IMG/VR virus record: IMGVR_UViG_3300037991_001277 | Location: 32,001-96,000 of that record | Reading direction: 5' to 3' (one strand) | DNA from: a virus | Taxonomy: Duplodnaviria > Caudoviricetes | DNA: 64,000 nt | Shown: positions 21,401 to 30,682 of the stretch, one piece after another | How positions within the stretch are numbered: the stretch's first letter is position 1 | Layout of the letters: each line of letters starts with the position of its first letter | Position numbers and translations under genes: made by a program | Notes under the pieces: generated by a model | The model's database searches: none | Seen by the model: the letters and a program-made list of their open reading frames with translations, nothing else | Told to the model about the DNA's origin: nothing

Positions 21401-24400
21401 GTAAACTGTGGGTATATACCATCGACTGTTTTACAAATTACAACAAGCGGTAGAGGTCATAACGCTAATACACCTACTCCAAACATAGTAGACTCACAAA
21501 ACAATCCAATTGATACTAACACATGGCGTAAAAACTTGATAGGAGAGAACTTTATTGAATCTAGTGGTGACTTAATTCTACCAAATATTGACAACCCAAC
21601 ATTAAAAATGAGTGCTATAGGACACTCAGGAGGGGCTTTACTCCTTCATAGTGACAATGCTATGTGGCATTTTGCTAAACCATCGGGCGAAGAATCTAAT
21701 GTAAATCATGTTTTCAATGGTTCATCAAATGACTTAACAAGAGTAAACTCTTTTGGTACTCAAACTCCAATAAGTTACGGCAAACACACAGCAATTACTG
21801 AAAGCCAAGGAACATCATTAGCCGCTGCTGAAAGCACATTTAAGGCAATTAGTGATGAAAACTTGAGAAGTGAAGATTGGCCTTCATCAAACCCAAGTGG
21901 TACTATTGTTATACAGAAATACAATGACACTAGGAGAGCATTTTTGTTTGCTGGTAAACGCTCTCTTGGTAGCGTACATTCTATACCAATTATTCGTTTT
22001 ACAGGTGCTCGTGATAGCCCTGATAACTATGTTCCTCTGTTCTTTGGTGGTGGGTTTAGTGGGGCTACTATTGACATAAATGATGGTACTCAAAATGACT
22101 ATTCAGAGCACAATACACATCCGTATGCAAATGGGCCGACTGGTTCATCAGGCATTCAAAATGCCAATGAGATTCTTTCATCTTTCTCTACAATTGATTG
22201 TAACGCTATCATGGCATTTTTCCCAGCAACTGCGTTGTTAAAGCAACATCGTGGTAGTATTAACCCACCAGTTTACAACAAAGATAGTATTCTTTCTCAA
22301 GACCTAAAACGAGGTTCACATACTCCAAGTAACATTCACCCCAATGCTGCTCCATATACTGCTGGAGTACATATGCAAGTTCCTTCTCCTATGGTATTAC
22401 GCTTTGCACACCCAACTGCAAGGTATCAAGACCATAGAGATGGAACAGAAAATAAAACAACCTTCATCATATTTGGGCCGGGTCAGGCATTTCCATTAAC
22501 ACAAGAGTCTGCAAGTCCAAATAATAATTTTGAACCACATCCCGGTCATGCTATTAGCACTGGTAATGGTTGGTCAAGAGTTCCGAATATGTCAAGCGGG
22601 GCTGGTGGTCGTGCCTTTTTACCAAATCACATTCATAATTCAAATGGCGATTATATGCCTGAGCGTGCTGCTACCCAGTTAAATAAACGCAGATTCCATT
22701 ATCGCCAAGTGCTTAATTGGGAATCACCTCTTGGTATTGCCGATAATGTATTTTTGAGAGAGCGACCTGAAAGCGGTAGAAACTATGGTAATTCATTTAC
22801 CGCTGCTGCGTTTAAGCAGTACAACAGTTTTGGTAACTTTACTGATAATGTTGCACTAGCATATTCTGTGGCTCAACCAAGTAGGCACGCTATGTTTTAT
22901 GGTCATGGTATGGTTAAGAATGCTGATTTGTGTTGGCATATGGATAATGGTAACCATCCCGGTGGTTCGTGGATGGATAATCAAATTACCATGAATCCAC
23001 CAAGAGAAGCAGATGACGCTAGAATCCCAGCCCAAACCACTACAACTCAAATTAACAAAACTGCATTTAGAGTCGCTGGAACACTGGCTACAAAAATGTT
23101 GTATTCTAATGGTAATTCAAGTTCCCCAGCGTTTGCAGCAGAAACGCTAGATGCTGATGATGTAGACCATGATTACATCGTAGTTGATGCCACTCGTTGT
23201 CAAAATAGCGAAGAGTTAGCGTGTGTACTAGGTGCTGCAATCAATACATTCCCCGGTAAAGGTGCTCTAAAAGCAATAGGTGGTACATTCATGCCATCTA
23301 TGGGTAACTCTACTAAACAAGACCGTTATGGTTGGATTGAGGCTGAGTCTACTGTTATACCAGCAGGTGTTTATGGTGGAGGCGCAGGTGGTGTGACCCC
23401 ACACTCTAGTGTTTCGGGGTTAGGTTATTCAAACAATGTAATTTCAAATGAGCCTATGACTAGACAGATTCTGACTACATCTACATTTACTGGAAATATT
23501 ACTAGCGGTGACCCAGTAATTGCAGTTACTGGTACATTCCCTCCGAATATGCAAGCAGGGCAAACTGTAACTGGTCTTGGAATACAAGCCAACACTGTTG
23601 TTGTCAGTTTTACTTCTAATACCATTACTGTATCTCCTAACCCTAATGCAACAAACAGCGGTGTAACCATTACGCATACACATAACACATTGGGTAATAC
23701 GGCATCATTAGCATCAAATCTCAAAGCAGGTGACTGTTTTATTGATTTACGAATAGTAGGTTATTCAATCACTGATGCTCAATCTGTTGTTAATCGTATA
23801 CCTGCTTCGGGTTGGTTGCGTACTGAAGCAAATACTGATTATGGCGGTGTTGTATCGTCTAGTGTAAAAACGGCAGCATGGGCTTGTTATCACAGTCGTG
23901 CTACCTATAGAGACGGCTCTGATTTATTCTGTAGATTCTTCTTATCTAACAATAAAATCACAGGTTTGAAGGCGTTTGAAGATGGCGAGGCTTGGCGTAT
24001 TTATGCTAACACCACCACTCCGTTTAATAGTCAAAATGGCTCAAATGTAGGAGGAGTAAGTCTACCTCACCCTGCTCCTACTAATGGTACAAAAGTATGG
24101 ATATGGTCAAAGAGTTCAACTCTTGGTGTAGACAACTCTACTAACTTTCAAAGATACCTTGAGAAAGGAATAGGAGCAGTTCACTTTAGCGGTATTGTCG
24201 ATGCAATAGATAGAACAAAACCAGTTGGTGTCGTTGGTTGGCATGGTGAAAGGTACTCTTACCTCAACACTCTACCAGTAGATGGTGGTTATTCCGCTGG
24301 TCTAGGTGCTTGGCATTCTATGCTTGGATTCTCACCATATGGTGCTGCATCATCTTGTGCGACTATACTAGGGCATTTACCACATACCACTCCTCTACCT

Positions 24401-27400
24401 AACTCGCCTGAAAGTATGCCTCCCACTGATGTACCGGGTCGCAGTCTTGACAATTTCCCAAGTGACGGTGATACAGAATCAGACCAAGTAAGTTTCTCTG
24501 TAGATGACCCAGTGGCATTTGGCACATATGTCGTAGGCTGGGCTGACGGTGCTCAGTTCAACAACCCACCAGTGATGCGAACTATGCCTGAGTTACAGAA
24601 AGAGTTGGTTCATCCTCAAGGTACTTACGCTCGTGCGTTATTAGTAGTAGCACATGAGGGTGAACTTAGTTTAGTAGCAAGGAAAGATAGAGATTCATAC
24701 ACTACTACTGGTGATTATCTTTTAGCCGGTGGTACTACTCAATGGGATGAAAGATTCCATAACGCTGACCGATTTATTGCTCCAGCAAACGCTGGGCCAA
24801 ATGTTGAGGCTTTGATTGTCGATGGCACAGCACCGCCTACAATTGCTGATTATACAGCAACAAGTGCTTTAGATGACGCACCTTTCAATGCTCAGTTCTA
24901 CCTACATGGTAGTATATCTGCTGATACTTCATTGTTAAACGCACAGCCTTGCTTTGCTGAAACAGGCGATTTATTCTTTGATATTGACAAAAATGTAGGT
25001 ATTATAAATCACGAAGAAGATATAGCGGAAAGAAATCTTGCTACTGATTTTATTACAGCGAATACAAATCCTTCTGCTATTTTGGTTCACAATGTAGGTA
25101 CTAATCAATCTCCAGTATTTTGGGCTGGTGATGTAAACGCTTACGATGTGCTAAAACGCTCCCCTCACAAAAACTTCAGCACAGAACATATTGTGTGGAA
25201 GCGAATGGATGGTGGTACAGTTACTATGCCAGCATCAAATGCTCGTGGTTTAGGAGCAGTGCCGTGGATTACTCGTGTTAAAAACGCAGTAGTAGGTGGT
25301 GCTGCTGGAACTGCTCATCAAATGGGAGAGAAGTTGTATGGTAACATTCGATTCTCTTTTGAGACAACAAACTCAGCCATGATGCCAGTTCTACAGGCAC
25401 AAGAAATAGCACACCCTACATTAGCAAAAGAGCACCCTATTGCTCTTGGTGGTATACTTGAGATACCAAATGAAGAAATACAATTTGAAGATATTACCGT
25501 TGTTGATGATACAGGACAGGTACACACACTAGAAGGCGGCTCTCCTTTGGGTATTGTTATCAGAGCGTATAAACCAACATCGACTAGACTAGCAAGTGGT
25601 TTACAGCCAGTTCCAGCCAACAGCGGTATCGCTCCTAACTTTGAGATTCAGTTACCCGACCCTGAATCTATACCCGGAAATATCCTTGTCCGTAGTGGCT
25701 TTGACCCAATTCAAGCGTACCAAACTGAAACCGTTGGTGACGGTGGTATGATTCATCCTGATTTGGGTGCTTCTCACATTGGTCATTTGTTTGACAATGT
25801 AGTGAAGTCACCGAGAAAAGGGCCAACTATGAACGAAGTAGGATGGGAGCACATATCGCAAGGAGAAAACTTCCCTGAGTCTACTCGTGATGGATGGGTA
25901 GAAGCAACACGCAATAACTCACTACGCAGTTCTTACGAGCAGCAAGACAGAGCACTGTATTTCCACATCACTAAGATGGGTCACAGTCACACTGAAAAGT
26001 TCCCAGTAACTTACACTCACGCTGCTGGGGTAGTAAATCAAGATTTGACGGTCAATAGTTTCGCCAGTCCTGTTCTAACTGCTAGTGCTACTATTACTCC
26101 CTCTATATTCGATGCTGGATTTGGAACAAAAGAAGTAGCGGATAATCGTAGATTTATTCGCATAACAAATCCAGCGGGTGAAAGCGTTGTTGCTTCATAT
26201 GCTTCTATTGGAACTGGCGGTGAGGCTAATCAATTCAAGGGTGTAGTAGGAGATATTGACTTCGACCAATTCCTTGTAGACAACCCACCTGCTACAACAA
26301 CATTGACGATTACTCCTTCTTACTATATCCCAGCGGGTAGCACTCGTATATTTGCAGCAAGAAGATTGCGTGACCACGCAGAAGTAAGTGGTAACAGTCC
26401 TGACATGGCTCACACTCTATACTTTGATGGTGATTCTCAAACCACTATTCATTCAAGATATAGCAAACCACAACTAACTCCAATGCCTATTCCTCGTATG
26501 GGTCACCACTTCGTCAATGCTACCATGCCTATGATGCCGGGTCATTGGGCGCATCCTTCGTATGCAGGTTTGTATGACAGAGCAAACTCAGATAGACTTG
26601 CTGCTCTAGGTGACGAGGACTACACTTCATTGGCTGAGAACTTAGTTGAAGTAGATGGTACAACAAATAATCAAACATCAATTCCTACAGCAGTTAAAGA
26701 GAGAATATTCCCTCTTAACCCAGCATTAAGAGTAGGTTCGCTCACTGCCAACCCATCAGGGCCAAGTGACATTCACGGTGGCGCATTTACCCTAATGTTT
26801 GAGACAAAAATCAAGTATGACGGTTACGGTATACTAGCATCAAAAGGCACTGCTGGAGATATGAATAAGGCCGGAGGTCACTCTATTGTGCTTGAGGCTG
26901 GGGGCAATTATACTCAAACCAATCATTTCCCTGACCCTGCTGAAGTTGGAGCATATCAAATTGTCATTCAACCAAACTTGCGCTCACAACAAATTACAGG
27001 ATTTCATCGTAACAATGCTGACTCTACAGGCTTACCAACTGCTGGTACAGAATTGTCGAGTCTCACAAGTCAGCAAGTTGCTCTTGTAATAGGAATAAGG
27101 TACGATGAAGGGCGACACGCAACACTAACTAACTCTGCTAATATCGGTGGTTTGACACTAATATTGTCCGAGGCTACATTGGCTGATGTAAGAGGTTGTG
27201 AGATATTCTTGAATGAGGTCATACTAGACCACGACCCTGACCACGGTAGCCAGTTTACCAACATCCCTCCGATGCTGCTTTATAATCCACTTGGAGTCCA
27301 AGGTAGCGAAAGTCCTCACTTTACTCGTAGAGGTCACCCATACCACCCTACTACATCTGAAGTTTCTTTCAAAGATGCTACGCCCGGATTTACAACTAAC

Positions 27401-30400
27401 ATTCCGTGGTGGAGTATTATGCACCAAGGTACTCCATCTGACGCATCTGCTGTTGGTTTCAGGCATCTTGCCTTGTATCGTATTGACAATTACTATCAGT
27501 TCTGTCGTGCAAGTTATGGAGCAATAGGTGCTCAATTGACACTGGCTGGTTATCCTAGCATATACCCTGATATTTACTCAAAGATAATGGAGAATGTCAG
27601 TCTTACTCCTACTTGTATAGTAGTAGGAAATCACAGTTCTTCTACTACTATACAAGTTGATGACTGTTCACTATTCCCTGAGATACCGTATTATGGTCAA
27701 AAATTACAGTATATCGACCCTGATACGGGGGAAACTGTATCTTTTGCTTACACAAAAAGACGGGGTACAACACACAGTTCAAGCAGTATGAATGAGCCTG
27801 ATATATTCCATCTACCTACAGGTGTCACATTAACAAGCGGTACTAAACTGACACTAAGCAAACCGTACTCTACAAAATCTGTTAATGACATTTTCAACAT
27901 AGATAGTGAAAGTGTAATGACAAAGAATCTAGGACAGTTACTAAATGGTACAAGAGATACAAACAGTCTTTTCCTAACCGATGCGTACCTATGTGCTTGG
28001 AGTCCTAATTTGGGTCGCCCTCATACTTTCTATTCCGATGCAAGTAGAACATGGATTACAAACGGTGTGAATCACACAGCAGATAGAGCAGTGAACAACG
28101 CAGCATACAACAGTATGCCACAGCATTTTGAGACAATACACTATCAGGATGTTAATTATACCGCAAGTCATGGGCCGTTTGCTTTGAAGATGAAAACACC
28201 AAAGCCTCCTCAACCACTTGCTGGAACTGTTCATGCTATTACTACCACTACTGTTACAGTGATAACAATGACCACGACTGTTAGTGGTGTATCTTCAAAT
28301 GATGTGCTATTCGCAAAAGGTAGAGTTATTGGTAGAGTAAACACTGTTAGTGGTGCTAATATTACGCTCCACACCAAAATATTTCAGAGCAGTAACTTGG
28401 TAACTGGAGATACTGTGTATGTAGGTGCTGATGGTTCAATTGATACCGCTGTAAATATAAACTCTATGACTGGTATTTCGTCTCAGGGTGGTGCAACTGC
28501 TATGCTCACTAACTTTTGGCCTTGCGGTAGTCGTGGTGGGGCATTGGTTAGTCGATTAGATGGCTACGCCATGTCAGCGGCAGCATGGCATTTACCGCAA
28601 AATTATGCACATGGGGCTGGCCTTCACTGGCGAGATGATGACGATAGTGGTAGTTATGCAGTTGCTAACGGTGTAAGCACTATATCAGCAACTGGTATTC
28701 GCACTTATCCATTTGGTTATCGCTTTGGATTAAGACAGGCTTGGAATAGACCTCAATGGGGTCATTATGGTATGCGTGCATTCCAAGAGCAAGCCACTCA
28801 TTCAGGAGCAAGTAACTTTGCAGTAGGCTACAAAGCAGGGCCACTGGTAGAATATGAAGCCATAACAAGTAACGGATGGCTTTACGCTGGTGGAGATACA
28901 ACGCAAAGCAATACTAACTTACCAACAACCTATGTTGGTATTATCGAGCGTAGCACTACAGCAGCGGGTATGTTGAATGCTGACAAGTACGAATGGCAAG
29001 TTCGTTACAGTGAAGGGCGAAGAATGACAAGAGGATTTGGTTGTGCTATTCGTACCATAAGAAATGCGAGCACTGTACTAAGAGATTGGTGGGGTGATTC
29101 AGCAGGTAAAGGCATGAGTCAATATAGACAAGCGGCTGCGTATTATCTGATTGATTGGTGGGGTAATACTCGTGGTGAAGATGTACGAAGATTCCCAGTT
29201 CGTAGTTTCGGTATTAACCCATCTTGGGATGCTGGAGATGCATACGAATATGATAGAGCCAATGGTCGTACACCATTTGAGCGAGTTTGGAATAACGGTA
29301 AGCCTATCTTTGACTTGAAGGGTATTGTCGATTTCACTAACGGTAATGTATTATCATCACCTACAGTTACTATTCCTAGATTCGGTGGTAGAAAGAACAC
29401 TGGTAACAATAATACAGACACTACCTTAGTCGATGTATTTGCTCCTACAAACGCTATGCGAGTAGGAGATATGGGTAATGGTCGTGGTGTACGATTCCCA
29501 ACTCAGTTTAACGAAGATAGATTGGTAGAACTCAGTGCCGTCTACGAAAACTCAGGTATAGTGTTATCAGGTAACACAGCAGAGCCTACATTTGGCGAAG
29601 GTCTAATTCGCCCAAGAAACGATGTACTGCAAGCAAGTGAAATTGTAAGAGGTATCAGTAGTAGACTAGAAGTAGACGAGGATGGTTTGTTAAAACCTGA
29701 AGCAACAGTGAGTGACAAGGTAGAGTCAATCAGTGGTACATCAGTACACAAAGATGCTATTTCTCGCTCTTCTCCAAGAATTGGTATAGATGGTGATACA
29801 ATAGAATCTTTCACTGGTAGTAATAGCAACATGATAGCCATTAACTCAGAGGCACATAGTCTACACACTAACAGAGGCGTGGGTCAAAGAGTTGTATTAC
29901 ATGGTGGTATGCAATCAGGTTCTCAAACGCTTGGTGACTATGACTTAACATCACTATCGTTTGCTGCTCAGCCTCATGGTGGTGTGATGAGATTTAGCCA
30001 CACTAGCAACTTTAAGCCGATGGGTGGAACTTACATCCTAGAGGCTCGCAGTTTCGCTAGTCCATTCGATGACACAGGATGGGGGCGCAGCGGTATGAGT
30101 GGTACTAAAACAAGCAATCCATACCAAACAACAAGTTCGATAGCAAACCCAACAAACAAGAGTGATGACGCTGTGCAGTTTATGCTTAGACCTATTCGAT
30201 TGCTTGACAATCAACACATAGCAGTATTTAGACCAGCATTGGCTCTACATAGCGGTAGTAAACAAAATGGTAGCACTGCATTTACTGCCACTGCTGGTGG
30301 TAAGTATGGGTTGTTTACCTACTCAACACCAAACGGTAGAGCGAGCAGTGGGTCATACATGCGTGCTACTAACCCTGACACATCAGCCCCGTATCAACCA

Positions 30401-30682
30401 GTGTACTTAGTTGAGTCTAGCAGTGACACTGTGCCAGTGTCAAAAGGCCCAAAGTTGCCGGGTACGGAGGTTACTGGCTTTGATAAAACGACATTGAAGA
30501 GTAGCGTTACTAGACTTATCATAAGTGAAAATACCCTACAGCATTTCAAGAGTGATGCTCCTAGAAGAACAGGCCAAGGTAAGGACTACACTGTTAAATC
30601 AAGGTTCAGTCAATCGCTGCATAGTAAAGGGCATAAAGAAGATGTATCATTCAACACATCAGACCACAGTGGTGATGCGTGA
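12476..30682 (+). CDS. giant 6068-aa virion/tail protein with N-terminal LamG (ConA-like) domain
   Basis: Uninterrupted 18.2-kb ORF with RBS GAGGTGA; IEAWV...YHIVA...IYVNG...YIGG...FRGVIEGI is LamG-like; repeated GxGY beta modules. Confidence 0.85.
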   Translation: MPIMLQSNHALFFDGVSDSVIIPQGNFSKLGQDYDKETAITRRSSEEIVSHSSGRGIIADALGSGLAIEAWVIPDCGGVILMKDGQFRLSMGTVDTPGPIEFEANLTSSSIGDFKVLLRSAQPETNGYDGHVYPVTTFGGLDDSYNRFDSGKDKATSLSKNQRPLYHIVACINQSNAEIYVNGDLVANQNIPVGSALKSKNSHVYIGGKGGEFRGVIEGIHVSSSFSNEMTTRNPSMVSEKTISLFRFEEPISPLDTVYTISSIDSTYSDSGGGTPFTENDLTAITIPTADAQSLANALTGKTITDTYVDFTISPYSTGDYSVIDRYSTPGTTTNHLVPHVPYNLLINPGSINQNSKKPNGKPPERVRLHRINISSGELLVSSIHLDFKNTTNTNGLRPILHSTHTSANGANSFVVISADCLIENGTGRPYQPPHLATQLIDRAGQMLIDEGEYEQHAMVYSSRMSTTAVDTDNPFAVAWPTDLDESFQIGHSGRHILNHIEGHSYLRMMPRANEENLDQQAGNSDILTLMYDAATKGIDKMFPINSQVDYYKDTAAFEIKTVVNSSAPHEVVSNGLAGANRTLIAIGGSKTGARNFNPLPFVLKGPVPSDLDNIDSNVRKFHLHPSRNSRVALLHVPTLASRGLAPYVEVHYNAIDFTGASMNKTAPMLMVEKTVPASNYEVASGVYVYDDIATDVAAGTATLYSPGGYIDVGKSKEGNLGSINFSHSLVGDNSEGFEADVELDERLTPANFTATTTNGNTTPQSLTASHTTKAQHDSVFHRILIERVQNADALEITSEFNRMTPHTVHGSPSAGQFDIGVTSSASAIHEMFDIIDNVEITTLVGVTHRFFIQPSDRTRTNQLQYIYSTGDRPDSSNIAVVMFLMGRSKLRGVEQIEGDEGRFTVVNCVGLSDVAATRSINELGSGSPDSHVVKEIDPNAPVVSVTLGGVGQGAYDTKPSFDRSTLAHLPYSSRRGFSCLATKVRVDLSSSNETQFIEVSPLNNESPDLASWGTYPFPKVGRIYLKNGANAEYQSKNGSCFLFTDSTIATRRFLLPNGNAVATFQDWVVGSGLRKDAGTLTGTQSQDFPLGEIIMGDGHFFVENLQSDGTTVNDRMFQSMDNISHDYQLGTQFASTRALVEIPLFRGQFFVDRFRNSYPSPDNSLKLHIDPTMTAHTWNPSPVGRRYQDMPPSDRSAYGAFAKSILSNQRNNQSNITNFEILTSTYRIYVSNPKMYPAGDTSSNKYFNVDDVLLYRRVFLPSGEWAIYSNNPAADGYIEIVKEESYVSEAFVGEVVIGLPLLMGNAYDSQVLVPLKGDSLNAAADFENRGEHYYDAASVKTQGGNIDYGLRQYVSAVEFKAGPLSNPHAAKIQSKRAAGTILSVEPIMNGSVYTGFAHLIMSQEDVDKFPTIERQPNAINADYEWEMGQAHYSLEIGANTFVYFGEGNKNKSTLVTSGTTPTDSLDTLSSIIVMTKENNSIPSYLDNDTLKGEVATLTKYGYDVFFSSDKYNTLLDNTVNMSHTGRPLHYSAPWEVTGLGGSDDELGLAIGKSEILQSNTFHLNVQHEDWLYAEHHKDGEVVKVTLLGQVDYIDESIIVHNPVTLPQAAGIVHLKSAVPTANKTSLNAMIGAAALSATEFVYLRTGCHSMMVNDEEACLNRTWLFPYAQGGLRRGDTIWMNMTYNNPHAVQGMFAKSRGVLNEALVWKGFNGGLGLMAAEPRDSIPLENFLIGDSCIDTARNFVQHVNKTIELNYTNLGIGNPPTVAYLDPYLATEGHARVLLYDVAHDREFIAFQDIHMQVQTSQKAAEIGFERLSTSQNVADGTDEVDLSFYSIKYNGGGQNPFITQVDVANGYPSQNKYIRAYQHSNFMESAYAHNIANSMASEMLDPVKGIVTRVAALRGQTAFNKQNGTGYPSGTTTNVATTAINTTGTGLTVDITTTGGQITTIAVNNPGSGYLTSRSGGSGFESKVRISGGDNNAVFKVFTTNTSLINTLTTMTQSMIYGKAHGHFVHTGFHTGGPLARERTLGDSITSRTNNATVTIYHANKEHKKTRKLFSSNDILVKALMQHRIKKGKTLTLKAGGSTYNNGTFFNVRTTSDGKGKGMTVDVTISSNAVATATVRRHGNSLYKDGDTIFIEDRRVNDLPSAAPPVVAGDGKGSFTLNLNNTNDETSTLFDTPDGTRVIPAFLALKGIRSEALDLSNMNETRLQHLPQWTQMDFTRRMTIDLGEVAVKDGITNVEAAATEVVRMINQAAAKKGRTHSDNNNKQYPVKVAGEADFATTGSTHDPAVWWDEDKAFESHDKGTHMGYIRAHLGRVVKNIDGSEEGFSIIIHSTVPGATGRNFCVWLDNSKGQIPYRPEFMIGHGGRFRTFWCMPDEISGENMHPAPMPLNKHGRPFAPITSLRQYTQPDESMQAVASKGEFSNNHDETTTPKLRAVSAYSGSGQNHNTLNTESVEIEGFNTSFTEGLRVGTNAVARVNFGGLVAAGIPGFAPDAGKWGFGRKGDNRFANDYGLLTTVSNTDPASTYTGHVPTPDTFPENIGDTNLYGLRLQDHRGVSHGLRYIYKNMDDEFALDNTILPKTLDNEVAIYFNHKDCSQGGFTIGRHMHGISDPTGRFPAIPDNANLANWRGNYWRGTPAPNASYNTNVVYSAANQTITVTLYAPYDACDHHDILGYMGFPAENGVIHLSDPFNHMGIATITAGGSGYTANQTGADAIGVGGSGDGMTLSINTNSSNAVTSVTITSLGEGGYINGDTISVSGIGGTNAQFTLGESINGNWGNMFSYTHRTRNDKTGTHVFHGVVGDTYVSRHKHHSSSTISAPVFEAGDYVVGETTESTSALITPVANWTTLITDELMAAVTAFAINLDNPNKQEGHFFDCTEMYAADGRTFAEWGITEESIKIKAYNTKNDIEPISNFFTASLSQDIGIRASHIEYGEVESLKLDDEGVSIGGTGDRPVTNDLIDNGRSVNCGYIPSTVLQITTSGRGHNANTPTPNIVDSQNNPIDTNTWRKNLIGENFIESSGDLILPNIDNPTLKMSAIGHSGGALLLHSDNAMWHFAKPSGEESNVNHVFNGSSNDLTRVNSFGTQTPISYGKHTAITESQGTSLAAAESTFKAISDENLRSEDWPSSNPSGTIVIQKYNDTRRAFLFAGKRSLGSVHSIPIIRFTGARDSPDNYVPLFFGGGFSGATIDINDGTQNDYSEHNTHPYANGPTGSSGIQNANEILSSFSTIDCNAIMAFFPATALLKQHRGSINPPVYNKDSILSQDLKRGSHTPSNIHPNAAPYTAGVHMQVPSPMVLRFAHPTARYQDHRDGTENKTTFIIFGPGQAFPLTQESASPNNNFEPHPGHAISTGNGWSRVPNMSSGAGGRAFLPNHIHNSNGDYMPERAATQLNKRRFHYRQVLNWESPLGIADNVFLRERPESGRNYGNSFTAAAFKQYNSFGNFTDNVALAYSVAQPSRHAMFYGHGMVKNADLCWHMDNGNHPGGSWMDNQITMNPPREADDARIPAQTTTTQINKTAFRVAGTLATKMLYSNGNSSSPAFAAETLDADDVDHDYIVVDATRCQNSEELACVLGAAINTFPGKGALKAIGGTFMPSMGNSTKQDRYGWIEAESTVIPAGVYGGGAGGVTPHSSVSGLGYSNNVISNEPMTRQILTTSTFTGNITSGDPVIAVTGTFPPNMQAGQTVTGLGIQANTVVVSFTSNTITVSPNPNATNSGVTITHTHNTLGNTASLASNLKAGDCFIDLRIVGYSITDAQSVVNRIPASGWLRTEANTDYGGVVSSSVKTAAWACYHSRATYRDGSDLFCRFFLSNNKITGLKAFEDGEAWRIYANTTTPFNSQNGSNVGGVSLPHPAPTNGTKVWIWSKSSTLGVDNSTNFQRYLEKGIGAVHFSGIVDAIDRTKPVGVVGWHGERYSYLNTLPVDGGYSAGLGAWHSMLGFSPYGAASSCATILGHLPHTTPLPNSPESMPPTDVPGRSLDNFPSDGDTESDQVSFSVDDPVAFGTYVVGWADGAQFNNPPVMRTMPELQKELVHPQGTYARALLVVAHEGELSLVARKDRDSYTTTGDYLLAGGTTQWDERFHNADRFIAPANAGPNVEALIVDGTAPPTIADYTATSALDDAPFNAQFYLHGSISADTSLLNAQPCFAETGDLFFDIDKNVGIINHEEDIAERNLATDFITANTNPSAILVHNVGTNQSPVFWAGDVNAYDVLKRSPHKNFSTEHIVWKRMDGGTVTMPASNARGLGAVPWITRVKNAVVGGAAGTAHQMGEKLYGNIRFSFETTNSAMMPVLQAQEIAHPTLAKEHPIALGGILEIPNEEIQFEDITVVDDTGQVHTLEGGSPLGIVIRAYKPTSTRLASGLQPVPANSGIAPNFEIQLPDPESIPGNILVRSGFDPIQAYQTETVGDGGMIHPDLGASHIGHLFDNVVKSPRKGPTMNEVGWEHISQGENFPESTRDGWVEATRNNSLRSSYEQQDRALYFHITKMGHSHTEKFPVTYTHAAGVVNQDLTVNSFASPVLTASATITPSIFDAGFGTKEVADNRRFIRITNPAGESVVASYASIGTGGEANQFKGVVGDIDFDQFLVDNPPATTTLTITPSYYIPAGSTRIFAARRLRDHAEVSGNSPDMAHTLYFDGDSQTTIHSRYSKPQLTPMPIPRMGHHFVNATMPMMPGHWAHPSYAGLYDRANSDRLAALGDEDYTSLAENLVEVDGTTNNQTSIPTAVKERIFPLNPALRVGSLTANPSGPSDIHGGAFTLMFETKIKYDGYGILASKGTAGDMNKAGGHSIVLEAGGNYTQTNHFPDPAEVGAYQIVIQPNLRSQQITGFHRNNADSTGLPTAGTELSSLTSQQVALVIGIRYDEGRHATLTNSANIGGLTLILSEATLADVRGCEIFLNEVILDHDPDHGSQFTNIPPMLLYNPLGVQGSESPHFTRRGHPYHPTTSEVSFKDATPGFTTNIPWWSIMHQGTPSDASAVGFRHLALYRIDNYYQFCRASYGAIGAQLTLAGYPSIYPDIYSKIMENVSLTPTCIVVGNHSSSTTIQVDDCSLFPEIPYYGQKLQYIDPDTGETVSFAYTKRRGTTHSSSSMNEPDIFHLPTGVTLTSGTKLTLSKPYSTKSVNDIFNIDSESVMTKNLGQLLNGTRDTNSLFLTDAYLCAWSPNLGRPHTFYSDASRTWITNGVNHTADRAVNNAAYNSMPQHFETIHYQDVNYTASHGPFALKMKTPKPPQPLAGTVHAITTTTVTVITMTTTVSGVSSNDVLFAKGRVIGRVNTVSGANITLHTKIFQSSNLVTGDTVYVGADGSIDTAVNINSMTGISSQGGATAMLTNFWPCGSRGGALVSRLDGYAMSAAAWHLPQNYAHGAGLHWRDDDDSGSYAVANGVSTISATGIRTYPFGYRFGLRQAWNRPQWGHYGMRAFQEQATHSGASNFAVGYKAGPLVEYEAITSNGWLYAGGDTTQSNTNLPTTYVGIIERSTTAAGMLNADKYEWQVRYSEGRRMTRGFGCAIRTIRNASTVLRDWWGDSAGKGMSQYRQAAAYYLIDWWGNTRGEDVRRFPVRSFGINPSWDAGDAYEYDRANGRTPFERVWNNGKPIFDLKGIVDFTNGNVLSSPTVTIPRFGGRKNTGNNNTDTTLVDVFAPTNAMRVGDMGNGRGVRFPTQFNEDRLVELSAVYENSGIVLSGNTAEPTFGEGLIRPRNDVLQASEIVRGISSRLEVDEDGLLKPEATVSDKVESISGTSVHKDAISRSSPRIGIDGDTIESFTGSNSNMIAINSEAHSLHTNRGVGQRVVLHGGMQSGSQTLGDYDLTSLSFAAQPHGGVMRFSHTSNFKPMGGTYILEARSFASPFDDTGWGRSGMSGTKTSNPYQTTSSIANPTNKSDDAVQFMLRPIRLLDNQHIAVFRPALALHSGSKQNGSTAFTATAGGKYGLFTYSTPNGRASSGSYMRATNPDTSAPYQPVYLVESSSDTVPVSKGPKLPGTEVTGFDKTTLKSSVTRLIISENTLQHFKSDAPRRTGQGKDYTVKSRFSQSLHSKGHKEDVSFNTSDHSGDA

